Assembly: GCA_002320595.1 (NCBI GenBank) | Contig: DCKB01000021.1 | Location: 36,508-100,507, forward strand | Origin: Christensenella sp. UBA1685 | GTDB lineage: Bacteria; Bacillota; Clostridia; Christensenellales; CAG-138 | Reading direction: 5' to 3' | DNA length: 64,000 nucleotides | In this document: one piece after another, positions 1 through 9,829 of the stretch | How the letters are laid out: the number at the start of each line of letters is the position of its first letter | Numbering within the stretch: position 1 is the first letter of the stretch | Program-made: the position numbers and the translations under genes | The notes under the pieces: generated by a model | What the model was told of the DNA's origin: nothing | What the model saw: only the letters and a program-made list of their open reading frames with translations | The model's database searches: none

Positions 1-1671
1 GCTTGCGGTGATGTCATAATCGCTCGTGCAGCGGTTGAGGTTCGCGGAAGGATCCGCATAACGGAAGCCGTAGCTGTCATCGCAGATGTCCCAGTTGCCA
101 AGGTCCAGCACTTCCGCGCTGAAGCTGTTGCTGGAATAGCCCAGAATCACGTTGATGTTTTCCTTGCCAAGGTAGGTTTCCAGCATATTCTTCACAAGCG
201 TCGCCTTCTTCATCTCGGTATCGCTGCTGCCGGAAGAGTACACGATGTCGATCGGAAGCTTTCCATCCACATTGAACTCGGTGATCGGGAGCATGTCGAC
301 CTTGCCCGGCGCAACGCCCTTGAGGGTAACGCCATCCGCCTCGCAAAGCTCAGCCACAGCCGCCTTCATGTATTCAAGCGCTTTTTCCGTGTTGAAGGGA
401 TCGGTTTCCTTGTATTCCTTCAGGCGGCCGTAATCGGTGTAATCCTTGCCCTCGTTGTCAAACATGACGCCTTCGGGAAGAAGGGTGTAACGACAGAAGA
501 ACGCAGGGTCGTTCGGTTCCCAAATCGCAGAGAGCGTGACCGCGTCGATTGCGGTGAAGATCGCCTTGCGGAAATTCTCATTCTGCACCGCTGCGGCCAA
601 TTCGGGGTTCTTCGATGCAAAGTTAAAGGAATACCAGTAGGTCGTTGCGGTTTTCTCGGAAAGGTAAACGTAATCCTCCCAGTCGCCGCCGCGGATGCTT
701 GCGACTTCTTCCGAGCCCAAGGTGACTGCGGTCACATTCCCGCGCTGGAACATTTCCAGCTTCGAAATGCTGTCTGAAATGAACTCCCATTGCAGCGTAT
801 TCAGCGTGAGGCTGTCCACATCCCAATAGTGCTCGTTTTTCGTCATCACAAACTGCTTGTCAAGATCCCACGCGGAGATATAGTAGCCGCCGTTGTAGAG
901 CAGCTTTTCACGGGAAAGGCCGTAATCCTCGCCGACCTCATCCAAGAACGCCTGCTCCACGGGGAGCGTCAGATCAAGCTGGGCATAAGAAAGGAAGTAC
1001 GGGCAGGGGCCGGTGAGGGTGTACTCAAGCGTATACTCGTCAAGCGCCTTCACGCCAACCGTTTCATCAAACGAAGCGAGGACCTCCTCCCGCGTTTTGC
1101 CGATATCCTTGCCGTCGTCGATATCGACGAGGTTATAGTAATAGTCTTTCAGGCCCGCAATGATGCCGCGGATCGTGCTGAGGCTGCTGGCGCTGTGGTT
1201 CGGCTCGGCGATGTAGCGCATGCCTGCGACAAAGTCGTCCGCCGTGACTTTGTATTCGGTCGTTTCACCGTTGCAGTCCACCCAGTAAACATCCGGGCGG
1301 AGGTGGAACGTCCAAACGCTGAAGTCTTCGTTGGCTTCCCAGCTTTCCGCCATGCAGGGGACGGATCTTCCGTATTTATCGGTTTCCACAAGGCCTTCAA
1401 TAATGTTTGCGATAAACACATAATCGGAAGTGTACTCGGTGCAGTATGGATTCATGGACGTGATGGATTCGGAGAAAGTTGATTTGTAGGCATCGACATA
1501 GGCAGTATCCGGCTGATCCTGCGTGGGTTCAGGCGCACCGCTGCCGTCCGTCGTCGTGGGCGCCTGCGTTTGGCTGCCGACGGGGTCACCGCTTTGCGGT
1601 TCACCGGTACAGCCGGCCAGCGTACCGACGAGCATGACCAGGGCAAGTAACAATGCAAGTATCTTTTTCAT
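1..1671 (-). CDS. ABC transporter substrate-binding lipoprotein, solute-binding family 5 (peptide/nickel/opine type); the 3' end runs off the left edge
   Basis: Absent from the ORF track because no stop codon lies inside the window. Reading the minus strand from ATG at 1671-1669 (GGAGGAG upstream) gives 557 uninterrupted codons. It starts MKKILALLLALVMLVGTLAGCTGE (signal peptide plus lipobox), followed by family-5 SBP-like sequence. The + strand ORF 790-1482 is its antisense shadow. Confidence 0.85.
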   Translation of the reverse strand, partial: MKKILALLLALVMLVGTLAGCTGEPQSGDPVGSQTQAPTTTDGSGAPEPTQDQPDTAYVDAYKSTFSESITSMNPYCTEYTSDYVFIANIIEGLVETDKYGRSVPCMAESWEANEDFSVWTFHLRPDVYWVDCNGETTEYKVTADDFVAGMRYIAEPNHSASSLSTIRGIIAGLKDYYYNLVDIDDGKDIGKTREEVLASFDETVGVKALDEYTLEYTLTGPCPYFLSYAQLDLTLPVEQAFLDEVGEDYGLSREKLLYNGGYYISAWDLDKQFVMTKNEHYWDVDSLTLNTLQWEFISDSISKLEMFQRGNVTAVTLGSEEVASIRGGDWEDYVYLSEKTATTYWYSFNFASKNPELAAAVQNENFRKAIFTAIDAVTLSAIWEPNDPAFFCRYTLLPEGVMFDNEGKDYTDYGRLKEYKETDPFNTEKALEYMKAAVAELCEADGVTLKGVAPGKVDMLPITEFNVDGKLPIDIVYSSGSSDTEMKKATLVKNMLETYLGKENINVILGYSSNSFSAEVLDLGNWDICDDSYGFRYADPSANLNRCTSDYDITAS

Positions 1672-1830
1672 GCTTTTACTCCTCCAGAATTGTTGCGATA
1701 ACCCGTGCGGGTATATCTTTTTATCATCATCTTAGCACACGCGCCATTAATTGTAAAGTGAAAACATTATTTTTTATGCCTGTTTTTAAATCTAATTTGC
1801 TGTTTTTGATTATTTTACCATCCAAATCCC

Positions 1831-1859
1831 TTGATTTTGCATAAGTAATCGTTTATAAT
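1831..1859 (+). promoter_or_regulatory. sigma-A-type promoter candidate for the rpiR-M42-iadA operon
   Basis: TTGATT (1831-1836), 17-nt spacer, TATAAT (1854-1859), 35 nt upstream of the ATG at 1895. Confidence 0.45.
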
Positions 1860-1894
1860 AAAGCAAACGCTTCATTTTTCATCATGGAGGTTCT

Positions 1895-2773
1895 ATGTTA
1901 ATCCTCGATGCAATTCGTGCAAAGCTCGATACGCTGACCGCTAAGCAGCGCTCGATCGCGCAGTATCTGCTTGAAGCCCCGGATGAGGCTTCCTACTTGT
2001 CTTTAAAGGAATTAAGCGTGCGCACGCAGGCTTCCGAGGTGTCTGTCCTGCGGCTCTGTAAAGCGCTGGGGTTTGAAAGTTTTGTTGCGCTCAAGGAGGC
2101 GTTGCGAGCGCATACGCAGGAGGCGTTCCGCGCCATCTCCCCTTCCGGCTTTCTCATGTGTGCCGAAAACCGCCCGGACGGGACGCCGGAGCAGCAGCTT
2201 GCCCAGATCTGCCTTGACGATCAAAACAACCTCGCCAGCATGATCGGCCAGCTGGACCCCGCAATGCTTTTCCGATGCGCGCACAGCCTGCTTGCGGCTG
2301 AAAGAGTCGTCATCTTCGCGCATGATAAATCCTATCTGTTTGCGGATTATTTGTGCTACAGGCTCAATTTTTTGCGAATCAAGGCTTCCTCCGTGCAGCT
2401 CGGGGATGGCGATACCGTTTCAACCGCGCTTGCAAGCCTGGGAAAAAACGATTCCGTGATTCTGTTCTCTTTTCCGCCCTACCACCTGCCCATTCACAAT
2501 GTCGCAAGCTATTGCCGCTATCGGGGAACTCCGATCCTCGCAATCACCGACAGCCCGGATTCCCCCGCTGCCATCGAGGGCAGCAGCGTGTTCCTTTGCC
2601 GCACGGGCGCGCGCTATTTTTTCAACTCTCAGGTTGCCACCGTATCCTTTATCAATATACTTGCGTCTTGCATTGCCATCGAAATGGGGCCTCTTTTTGA
2701 TGAGATTCTGGCAAACGAACAGGATGTGAACGACTTTTTGCGCAACAACAGCGGGCATGACAAGGAGGAATGA
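1895..2773 (+). CDS. RpiR/MurR-family transcriptional regulator (HTH_6 plus SIS domain)
   Basis: 292-aa ORF with a GGAGG RBS. N-terminal HTH segment QRSIAQYLLEAPDEASYLSLKELSVRTQASEVSVLRLCKALGF, and a C-terminal SIS-like sugar-phosphate-binding domain. Confidence 0.9.
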   Translation: MLILDAIRAKLDTLTAKQRSIAQYLLEAPDEASYLSLKELSVRTQASEVSVLRLCKALGFESFVALKEALRAHTQEAFRAISPSGFLMCAENRPDGTPEQQLAQICLDDQNNLASMIGQLDPAMLFRCAHSLLAAERVVIFAHDKSYLFADYLCYRLNFLRIKASSVQLGDGDTVSTALASLGKNDSVILFSFPPYHLPIHNVASYCRYRGTPILAITDSPDSPAAIEGSSVFLCRTGARYFFNSQVATVSFINILASCIAIEMGPLFDEILANEQDVNDFLRNNSGHDKEE

Positions 2774-2774
2774 A

Positions 2775-3854
2775 ATGATGAACCAATCACACGCAATTGA
2801 AATGATTGCCCAGCTTTCCAATGCCTATGGCGCGCCGGGGTTTGAGGATGACGTTCTCTCCGTTGCGCGCAAGTGGGCCTCGGGCTTTGGCGATATTTCT
2901 TCGGACAGCATGCGCAATCTTTATGTCCGGCGCAGCGGAAACACCGGGCGGAGGCCCATGGTGCTTCTGGATGCGCATAGCGATGAAGTCGCCTTCATGG
3001 TGCATTCCGTGCGGGACAACGGCACGCTCAAGTTCATCCCGCTGGGCGGTTGGGTGGATTATACTCTGCCTGCGCATACGGTGCGCATCCGCAATAAAGA
3101 AGGAAAATGGATTCCCGGCGTGATCGCAAGCAAACCGATTCATTACATGACGGCCGGGGAGGAAAAACAGCCCGTTCTCCAGCCTAACATGTCCATTGAC
3201 GTTGGCGCCCGCACGCGGGAGGAAGCCATCGCCGTGTTCGGCATTCAGCCGGGCCAGCCGGTCGTTCCCGACACCGTTTTTTCTTACGATGCGGAAAACG
3301 ACCTGATGTGGGGAAAAGCGTTTGACTGCCGCCTCGGCTGTGCCGCTTTGCTCGGAACGCTCGATGCGCTTCAGGGCGAACCGCTCTCCGTCGACATTAC
3401 GGCCGGCATGGCCACGCAGGAGGAACTGGATATGCGCGGTGCTGTCATTACCGCGCGCGTTGTAAAGCCGGATGCCGCTATCGTTTTTGAAGGCTGCCCC
3501 GCGGACGATACCTGCGTGCCTGAAGCGGAAATGCAGACCAGAATCAAACACGGCCCGATGCTGCGCCATATTGACGGTGCGATGCTGACAAACCCCCGCT
3601 TCATGCGTTTCGCGCTGGATACGGCTGCCCTGCATGGCATCCCGGTGCAGGATGGCGTGCGCGAACACAGTGCAACAAACGGCGCTTCCATCCATCTTTC
3701 CAACAGGGGCGTGCCGACGATTGTCATCGGCCTGCCAATCCGATATATCCATACGCACATCGGCATCGCTGCATATCAGGATTATATGCACGCCGTTCAA
3801 TTGGCTGTCGCGCTTCTTCGCGCGCTGAACGCCGATACGATTTTTGGTTTCTAG
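2775..3854 (+). CDS. M42-family metallo-aminopeptidase (FrvX/YsdC/CelM-like)
   Basis: The ORF is open from 2757, but the ATG at 2775 follows AGGAGG (2763-2768). Motifs LLDAHSDEVAFMVHSV and GTLKFIPLGGW are typical of M42 peptidases. Confidence 0.85.
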   Translation: MMNQSHAIEMIAQLSNAYGAPGFEDDVLSVARKWASGFGDISSDSMRNLYVRRSGNTGRRPMVLLDAHSDEVAFMVHSVRDNGTLKFIPLGGWVDYTLPAHTVRIRNKEGKWIPGVIASKPIHYMTAGEEKQPVLQPNMSIDVGARTREEAIAVFGIQPGQPVVPDTVFSYDAENDLMWGKAFDCRLGCAALLGTLDALQGEPLSVDITAGMATQEELDMRGAVITARVVKPDAAIVFEGCPADDTCVPEAEMQTRIKHGPMLRHIDGAMLTNPRFMRFALDTAALHGIPVQDGVREHSATNGASIHLSNRGVPTIVIGLPIRYIHTHIGIAAYQDYMHAVQLAVALLRALNADTIFGF

Positions 3855-3862
3855 GAGGTTCT

Positions 3863-5020
3863 ATGCTGAAGCTGTGGAAAAATTGTGACCTTTATGTGCC
3901 CGCGCACCTCGGAAAACAGGACATCTTGGTGCTGGGCGGCCAAATTTGGAAGATTGGTTCCGACCTGTCCGCATGGGAAGCCATTCCGGAAATCGAAGTT
4001 CTTGATTTGGGCGGTTCGATCGTTTGCCCCGGCCTGATTGATCTTCACGTGCACGTAACAGGCGGCGGCGGTGAGCAGGGGCCGGCCTCCCGCACGCCCG
4101 AAATTCAGCTGAGCGAGCTGACAAAGAACGGCGTTACGACCGTTCTGGGCCTTTTAGGCACCGACGGCATTTCCCGCAGCCTTGAAAACCTGCTGTTCAA
4201 ATGCTGCGCGCTGGAGCAATACGGCCTTACGGCCAAAATGCTGACCGGGAACTATCGGTATCCTTCTCCAACCCTCACGGGCGACGTTGCGCGGGACATC
4301 GCCCTGATTGACCGGATCATCGGTGTTAAAATCGCGGTTTCTGACCACCGCAGTTCCAACATTTCCGGCGAGGAGCTCGCGCGCCTTGCCACGGAAGTGC
4401 GGGTCAGTTCCATGTTGGCAGGCAAAGCCGGGCTCGTCGTCATGCACATGGGCGGCGGGGAACAACGCATGGCTCCACTGTTTTGGGCCCTTGAACATTC
4501 CGATGTGCCGCCGGAAACCTTCCTTCCCACCCACTGCTGCCGCTCTCCGCAGCTGATCAGCGACGCGGTTCGCTTCAATAAAATGGGCGGCACAATTGAT
4601 TTCACCGCCGATGTTGCCGAAAGCGAAGCGGGAACCGCCGCCGCAGTTTATTCCGCCTTGCAGCAGGGCGCCGATCCCTCCCGCATCACCATGAGCAGCG
4701 ATGGCTGCGGAAGCCAGCCTGTTTTCGACGCCCATGGAGCATGCACCGGCCTGACCTACTCAACCCCCGCTACCCTTCTTCAGGAATTGCGGCGGATGGT
4801 TTGCCTGAACGGCATTTCCTTTGACACCGCGCTGCGCTTCTTTACGGAAAACCCCGCCCGCGTAATGGGGCTCGCAGGCATAAAGGGTACGCTCCACCCC
4901 GGGGCGGATGCCGATCTTCTCGCATTGGATAACGGGTATGCAGTGACTCATTTGATGGCGCGCGGAAAGCCCTTTGTGTCTTTCGGCAAGGCGGTATGCA
5001 AGGGCGCCTTTGAACGGTAA
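3863..5020 (+). CDS. iadA: isoaspartyl dipeptidase (beta-aspartyl peptidase), amidohydrolase fold
   Basis: 385 aa with an AGGAGG RBS. GLIDLHVHVTGGGGEQGPASRTPE carries the HxH metal motif and the GGGGE loop characteristic of IadA. Confidence 0.85.
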   Translation: MLKLWKNCDLYVPAHLGKQDILVLGGQIWKIGSDLSAWEAIPEIEVLDLGGSIVCPGLIDLHVHVTGGGGEQGPASRTPEIQLSELTKNGVTTVLGLLGTDGISRSLENLLFKCCALEQYGLTAKMLTGNYRYPSPTLTGDVARDIALIDRIIGVKIAVSDHRSSNISGEELARLATEVRVSSMLAGKAGLVVMHMGGGEQRMAPLFWALEHSDVPPETFLPTHCCRSPQLISDAVRFNKMGGTIDFTADVAESEAGTAAAVYSALQQGADPSRITMSSDGCGSQPVFDAHGACTGLTYSTPATLLQELRRMVCLNGISFDTALRFFTENPARVMGLAGIKGTLHPGADADLLALDNGYAVTHLMARGKPFVSFGKAVCKGAFER

Positions 5021-5043
5021 AGCGCTTTTGTATCGAAAAAACA

Positions 5044-5078
5044 AAAACTGCACCGTTTATCGCGGTGCAGTTTTCATA
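5044..5078 (+). terminator. intrinsic terminator after iadA
   Basis: 12-bp stem AAAACTGCACCG / CGGTGCAGTTTT with a 7-nt loop, ending in a T run. Confidence 0.7.
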
Positions 5079-5227
5079 ATCTTAGCCGACAGCTTTGCCC
5101 GCATAAGCCGGCCCTGTCTTCTCCTTTTCTGGATTTAACGGATGGCTTGAATTAATTGCCTTTTATTTTTGGAGGGGCGGCGGTAGAAGAAATCCAAGCA
5201 CACCGTCCCATATTGTTATATTTTGTA

Positions 5228-5256
5228 TTGAATTATTACGTGATAAGATATATACT
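5228..5256 (+). promoter_or_regulatory. promoter candidate for the CoADR-rhodanese operon
   Basis: TTGAAT (5228-5233), 17-nt spacer, TATACT (5251-5256); AAAGGAG RBS before the ATG at 5279. Confidence 0.45.
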
Positions 5257-5278
5257 ATTAAAAAAAGGAGTTTAACGC

Positions 5279-6898
5279 ATGAAAATATTAATTGTTGGCG
5301 GCGTAGCGGGCGGTGCGTCAGCGGCCGCAAGGCTGCGCCGGCTAAGCGAAGACAATGAAATCACCATTTTTGAACGAGGCGACCACATTTCCTATGCCAA
5401 CTGCGGGCTGCCTTATTATGTTGGCGGCGTTATCGAGGATGGAGAAGATCTATTATTACAAACCCCGGAAAGCTTCTATGCCCGCTTTCATGTACAAGTT
5501 CGGCTTCGCCATGAGGTGATTTCCGTCTTGCCCGATAAAAAACAAGTTTTGGTGCGGGATCTGCAGAAACGGACAGAATACTTGGAGGAGTATGACGCAT
5601 TGCTGCTTTCACCCGGCGCAAATCCCATCAATCCCTTTGGAGAGAATGCCGTTACCCTGCGCACTGTGGAGGATGCGTTTTCCCTGCGCGCCTTGTGCGA
5701 AAACGGTCAGATGGAAAGGGCTTTGGTGATTGGCGGCGGGTTTATCGGCCTTGAAGCTGCCGAAAACCTCATTGCTTGCGGCATAAAAGTAACTTTGGCG
5801 GAAAAGATGAACCATGTGATGCCTAATATGGATCGGGAAATGACTCATCTTATTGAAAAAAAGCTCAAAAAGATGGGGGTTGACCTTCGCATTGGCTGTG
5901 GCGTAAAGGAGCTCAGAAGGGGAGAAGCCATTCTGGACAGCGGCGAAAAGCTAAGCTGCGATCTTGCTGTTTGCGCTATCGGCACCCATCCTTGCACTGA
6001 TTTTCTGAAAAGTTCCGGCATTGCCATGACCGAAAGGGGGGCCATCCAAGTTGATAGCCGGCTGCGCACCAGCTTGCCAGACGTATATGCCGTAGGTGAC
6101 GCGATAGCCATCCCCCACAAAGTGACGGGGAAAACCACGAACATTCCTTTGGCAGGGCCCGCCAACCGTCAAGGCCGTTTGGCTGCGGACGCTATAATGG
6201 GCCGGAAAGTTACCTACACAGGAGCACAGGGAGCTGCTATTTTAAAGCTGGATGACATGACGGTTGCTTCTGCAGGCGCCTCTGAAAGTCAGCTCAAAGC
6301 CGCAAATATCCCTTATACAAAAAGCTACACCCATTCCCTGCCCCATGCGGGGTACTATCCCGGAGGGCGCATGATGAGCGTAAAATTGCTTTTCTCCCCA
6401 GACGGGAGCCAAGTGCTTGGAGCGCAAATTGTTGGATACGAAGGCGTTGATAAAGCCATTGATCTGTTCTCCACTGCGATCAGCCGGGAAATGAGCGTAT
6501 TCGACCTTGCGGAGCTGGAGCTAAGCTATGCGCCGCCTTTTTCTTCCGCCAAGGCTCCCGTAAACATAGCCGGGTATGTTGCCTCCAACATTGCTGAGGG
6601 GCTCCACGAGGTATTCTATTCCAGCGACATTCCAGAGCTGGATCCCAACACGGACCTGCTTGTTGATATCCGCACGCAGAGTGAATATGATAAAGGCACT
6701 ATCCCGGGAGCCATCCTGCTACCTTTGGATGAAATCAGGGCGCGCTGCAATGAGCTTCCCCGGGACAAGAACCTTTACATTTTCTGCCGTATAGGCCAAC
6801 GAGGCTATTACGGATACAGGCAGCTGAAATTGTTGGGCTTTGAACATGTAAAGAACCTCAGCGGCGGATTTATGAGCTATATGGAGGCACAAGATTAA
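5279..6898 (+). CDS. CoA-disulfide reductase / NADH-dependent persulfide reductase with a C-terminal rhodanese domain (CoADR-RHD)
   Basis: 539 aa. GxGxxG FAD motif MKILIVGGVAGGASAA. Redox Cys in SYANCGLPYY (Nox/Npx/CoADR family). C-terminal rhodanese active-site loop FCRIGQRG. Confidence 0.85.
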   Translation: MKILIVGGVAGGASAAARLRRLSEDNEITIFERGDHISYANCGLPYYVGGVIEDGEDLLLQTPESFYARFHVQVRLRHEVISVLPDKKQVLVRDLQKRTEYLEEYDALLLSPGANPINPFGENAVTLRTVEDAFSLRALCENGQMERALVIGGGFIGLEAAENLIACGIKVTLAEKMNHVMPNMDREMTHLIEKKLKKMGVDLRIGCGVKELRRGEAILDSGEKLSCDLAVCAIGTHPCTDFLKSSGIAMTERGAIQVDSRLRTSLPDVYAVGDAIAIPHKVTGKTTNIPLAGPANRQGRLAADAIMGRKVTYTGAQGAAILKLDDMTVASAGASESQLKAANIPYTKSYTHSLPHAGYYPGGRMMSVKLLFSPDGSQVLGAQIVGYEGVDKAIDLFSTAISREMSVFDLAELELSYAPPFSSAKAPVNIAGYVASNIAEGLHEVFYSSDIPELDPNTDLLVDIRTQSEYDKGTIPGAILLPLDEIRARCNELPRDKNLYIFCRIGQRGYYGYRQLKLLGFEHVKNLSGGFMSYMEAQD

Positions 6899-7353
6899 TG
6901 GAGAGCCTGAAAAAACTTCTGGAAAGCGGATTTGGAAAGGCGGATTGCTACACCGCTGCAGAAAAAGAGCTTTATGGTGACGTAAACATGAACTGCTGTG
7001 AGCGCATTTTGTATGGCGCCAATCAGGCATATGCTTTGGGGTTGAAAAAGGAAGACCTCCGCCTTGCAGCCCCCTTTGGCGGCGGGATGGGCGTCGGCAC
7101 CGTTTGCGGTGCAGTTTCCGGTTGTCTTATGGTTTTAGGCCTTCTCTATTCCGGAAAACTGGAAAAAGAAACTGCATTGAAAGAAAGCATAACAATTCCC
7201 TTCCTTCAGAGGGTAAAGAAAAAGCAAGGCGGCCTGACCTGCCATTACAACAAAGCGCATTATGCTATCCAGGAACCCGTATTTGACTGCAGCGCCGTGA
7301 TTCTCTCCCTGGCAGAATGTTTGGACGAAACGGTTGCGTCTCTGAACGGATAA
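6898..7353 (+). CDS. C_GCAxxG_C_C-family protein (putative redox-active, function unknown)
   Basis: 151 aa. The start overlaps the upstream stop (TAATG). Family motifs NCCERIL...GGGMGVGTVCGAVSGCLMVLG. Confidence 0.75.
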   Translation: MESLKKLLESGFGKADCYTAAEKELYGDVNMNCCERILYGANQAYALGLKKEDLRLAAPFGGGMGVGTVCGAVSGCLMVLGLLYSGKLEKETALKESITIPFLQRVKKKQGGLTCHYNKAHYAIQEPVFDCSAVILSLAECLDETVASLNG

Positions 7354-7363
7354 ATGAAATGCG

Positions 7364-7397
7364 AAAGGCCTGCGCGCGCAGGCCTTTTCGTGTTTTT
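7364..7397. terminator. hairpin terminator between convergent genes
   Basis: AAAGGCCTGCG/CGCAGGCCTTT stem followed by TTTTCGTGTTTTT. It lies between the stop codons at 7353 (+) and 7400 (-). Confidence 0.75.
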
Positions 7398-7399
7398 AA

Positions 7400-8116
7400 T
7401 CAAATAATCAGCTTAAACCGATCGCTGTTGATGTATTGTTGCGTGCGGTGAGATGGCATGTTTGCCATGTCATAGGTGAGGCTGGAAATATACAATAGCG
7501 GATAATCTCTGGGAACACCTAAGTAGGTAGCCATTTGGTAACTAGCACGCTTTACTTCAATCACCTTTGTAGCATGGGAGAAGCGGATATCGTGCTTGTC
7601 TCTTAAAACCGCAAACAGCGAGGTATTGTTCAGATCCTCATTCAGCAAAAACTGATAAGTTGAAGCCGGGTAGCGGCTAATTTCTATTGACACGGGAACA
7701 TCGTCCGCATATCTGATGCGTTCAACGGCAATAACCTTATCCTCCGGAGTAAGGTTCAGTTCGGTTATGTCTTCCGGCTCGATGTCTTCAATCACACATT
7801 TGATGGTTTTAGCGCCAGGCTTCATGCCGTTGATATTGCAGATGTCCGTAAAGCTATATATGCCGGACATGCTTTTATACAGCTTTTTGGATGCAATAAA
7901 AGTCCCTTTGCCTCTGCGGCGCATCAGCAGGTTTTCCTTCACCAGGATGTCCAACGCGCTGCGGATGGTAATACGGCTGACTGAGTAGATTTCACTGAGT
8001 TCCTTTTCCGTCGGGATCCTTTGTTCAGCACTATATTTCCCGTTCTGGATATCCTCGCGGATAATATAGGCCAGCTGGATATACAATGGTTCTGCGGAAT
8101 CGCTTTCTAAACGCAT
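7400..8116 (-). CDS. GntR-family transcriptional regulator, HutC subfamily (winged HTH plus UTRA domain)
   Basis: 238 aa. PLYIQLAYIIREDIQNGKYSAEQRIPTEKELSEIYSVSRITIRSALDILVKENLL is a typical GntR N-terminal domain, with a UTRA-like C-terminus. Confidence 0.9.
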   Translation of the reverse strand: MRLESDSAEPLYIQLAYIIREDIQNGKYSAEQRIPTEKELSEIYSVSRITIRSALDILVKENLLMRRRGKGTFIASKKLYKSMSGIYSFTDICNINGMKPGAKTIKCVIEDIEPEDITELNLTPEDKVIAVERIRYADDVPVSIEISRYPASTYQFLLNEDLNNTSLFAVLRDKHDIRFSHATKVIEVKRASYQMATYLGVPRDYPLLYISSLTYDMANMPSHRTQQYINSDRFKLII

Positions 8117-8218
8117 GTCTACCCCTTTTCCTAGTTTATAGCATATTGTGATAGCACAAACCAGTATCCATGAAAAGTATACCTTGATACTTGGTAAAAA
8201 GCAACTTCTTTTGCATTT

Positions 8219-9382
8219 TTACCTAGCCAAATTATCCCGGATCCGATCCAGGCACTCCCTGACCACCGTCCTGTCTGTGGCTACGTTGATGCGGGCGAAA
8301 TTCTCTCCGCTCTTGCCGAAAACCATGCCCTCATCCAAAGCAACCCTGGCTTTTCCGCGAAGGAAACTGCGAAGCTCCAGGCCGCTTAGCCCAACGCCTG
8401 AAAAGTCAATCCAGGCAAGGTAAGTGGCCTCAGGGCTTGTCATCTTCAGCTTTGGCATATATTCCTTAAGGTAGGCATCAACAAACTGGAAATTCTCCCA
8501 AATATATTGTTTTACTTCGTCCAACCACTTATCTCCCTTGGCGTAGGCTGCACTGATGCCCGTAATGGAAACGGGATTATTGGGGATAATGCCGCACTGG
8601 GATTTGGAGCGGCGGGTGAATTCCTTGCGCATGGCTTCATCCGGAATAAAAATATTAGCCATTTTAAGGCCGGCCATATTAAACGTTTTGCTTGGAGAAG
8701 TGCATACGGCCAGCTTGCTGTAATTCGTCAATGTCCCCACAGGAACGTGCTCTGCTTTGAACACAAAGTCCATATGGATTTCATCAGCGATCAGATAGAT
8801 ACCGTTGCGGGAACAAATGTCGATGACGCGCCGCAGCTCTTCTTCCGTCCATGCCCGGCATACGGGATTGTGCGGGCTGCACAGCAACAGCATTTTGTTT
8901 TCGGGGCGGGCGGCCTTCTCCTCCAGATCTTCAAAATCTATGGTGTAGTATCCTTCTTTTTCAATCAGCTCATTGTTCACAAGCCTGCGGTCATTGTCCT
9001 GAATGCACTCTTCAAAAGGAAAATATACGGGCTTCTGAATGATTACGCCATCGCCCGGCTTGGTAAACGCCTGCACGAAAATGTTCAGGGCGCTGACTAC
9101 GGTCACACTTGTGACCAGCCATTCCTTCCGGACCGTCCAGTTATGTCGGCGTTGCATCCAGCCCGCGATGGATTCAAAATAGCTGTCGGGCAAAACGGTA
9201 TATCCAAAGATACCATGGTCGACTCGTTGGCGCATTGCCTCAATTGCTTCTTCACAGCAGCGGAAATCCATATCGGCGATCCAAAGGGGCAGCAATCCCT
9301 TCTCGGTAAACATTGAGGACATATTGTCCCATTTGGAACAACTTGTGCCTTTGCGATCGGTCATTTTATCAAAGTCGTACAT
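8219..9382 (-). CDS. PatB/MalY-type PLP-dependent C-S lyase (cystathionine beta-lyase-like aminotransferase class I/II)
   Basis: 387 aa. The N-terminus MYDFDKMTDRKGTSCSKWDNM is the MalY/PatB signature start; the rest is aminotransferase-like. Confidence 0.85.
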   Translation of the reverse strand: MYDFDKMTDRKGTSCSKWDNMSSMFTEKGLLPLWIADMDFRCCEEAIEAMRQRVDHGIFGYTVLPDSYFESIAGWMQRRHNWTVRKEWLVTSVTVVSALNIFVQAFTKPGDGVIIQKPVYFPFEECIQDNDRRLVNNELIEKEGYYTIDFEDLEEKAARPENKMLLLCSPHNPVCRAWTEEELRRVIDICSRNGIYLIADEIHMDFVFKAEHVPVGTLTNYSKLAVCTSPSKTFNMAGLKMANIFIPDEAMRKEFTRRSKSQCGIIPNNPVSITGISAAYAKGDKWLDEVKQYIWENFQFVDAYLKEYMPKLKMTSPEATYLAWIDFSGVGLSGLELRSFLRGKARVALDEGMVFGKSGENFARINVATDRTVVRECLDRIRDNLAR

Positions 9383-9466
9383 AATGCCTCCTTGTTATAT
9401 TTTATATTGTTGTAACATAGTACAATTTGTAGTAAAATAGAGACAATCTCTAAGAGGAGTAAACCA

Positions 9467-9829
9467 ATGAAGCCTTTTCTTCGCCGCAGCCTACCCTTCC
9501 TGATTGGGGGCATGGCCCTGACTTTGGCGCTCTATTTCACCCTTTTTCAATCCAGAAACTTCTTCGCAGGCCTCTCCGACGGCTGCTTTGTGAGCGGCGC
9601 CGTTCTTGTACTCATCAGCCTGGTTTGCGTTGTAAGCGCATCCGGGTTGTTTGACCGGGCGGGATACAGCTTCTATAGCTTCCGCCGCATCTTCAAGCGG
9701 GATGACGCAAAACCCGCCACCTTTGAAGAATACATGCAGAAGCATAAAGGCCTTAAAAGGAACTGGGCTCCTGCTGCTTGCGGTCTGGTTTTCCTGATCT
9801 TATCCATCGTGCTGGGGAGGCTTAGCTGA
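9467..9829 (+). CDS. small membrane protein (DUF3899-like)
   Basis: 120 aa with a GAGGAG RBS and three predicted hydrophobic helices. Its 3' end overlaps the convergent oppF-like gene by 8 nt. Confidence 0.55.
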   Translation: MKPFLRRSLPFLIGGMALTLALYFTLFQSRNFFAGLSDGCFVSGAVLVLISLVCVVSASGLFDRAGYSFYSFRRIFKRDDAKPATFEEYMQKHKGLKRNWAPAACGLVFLILSIVLGRLS

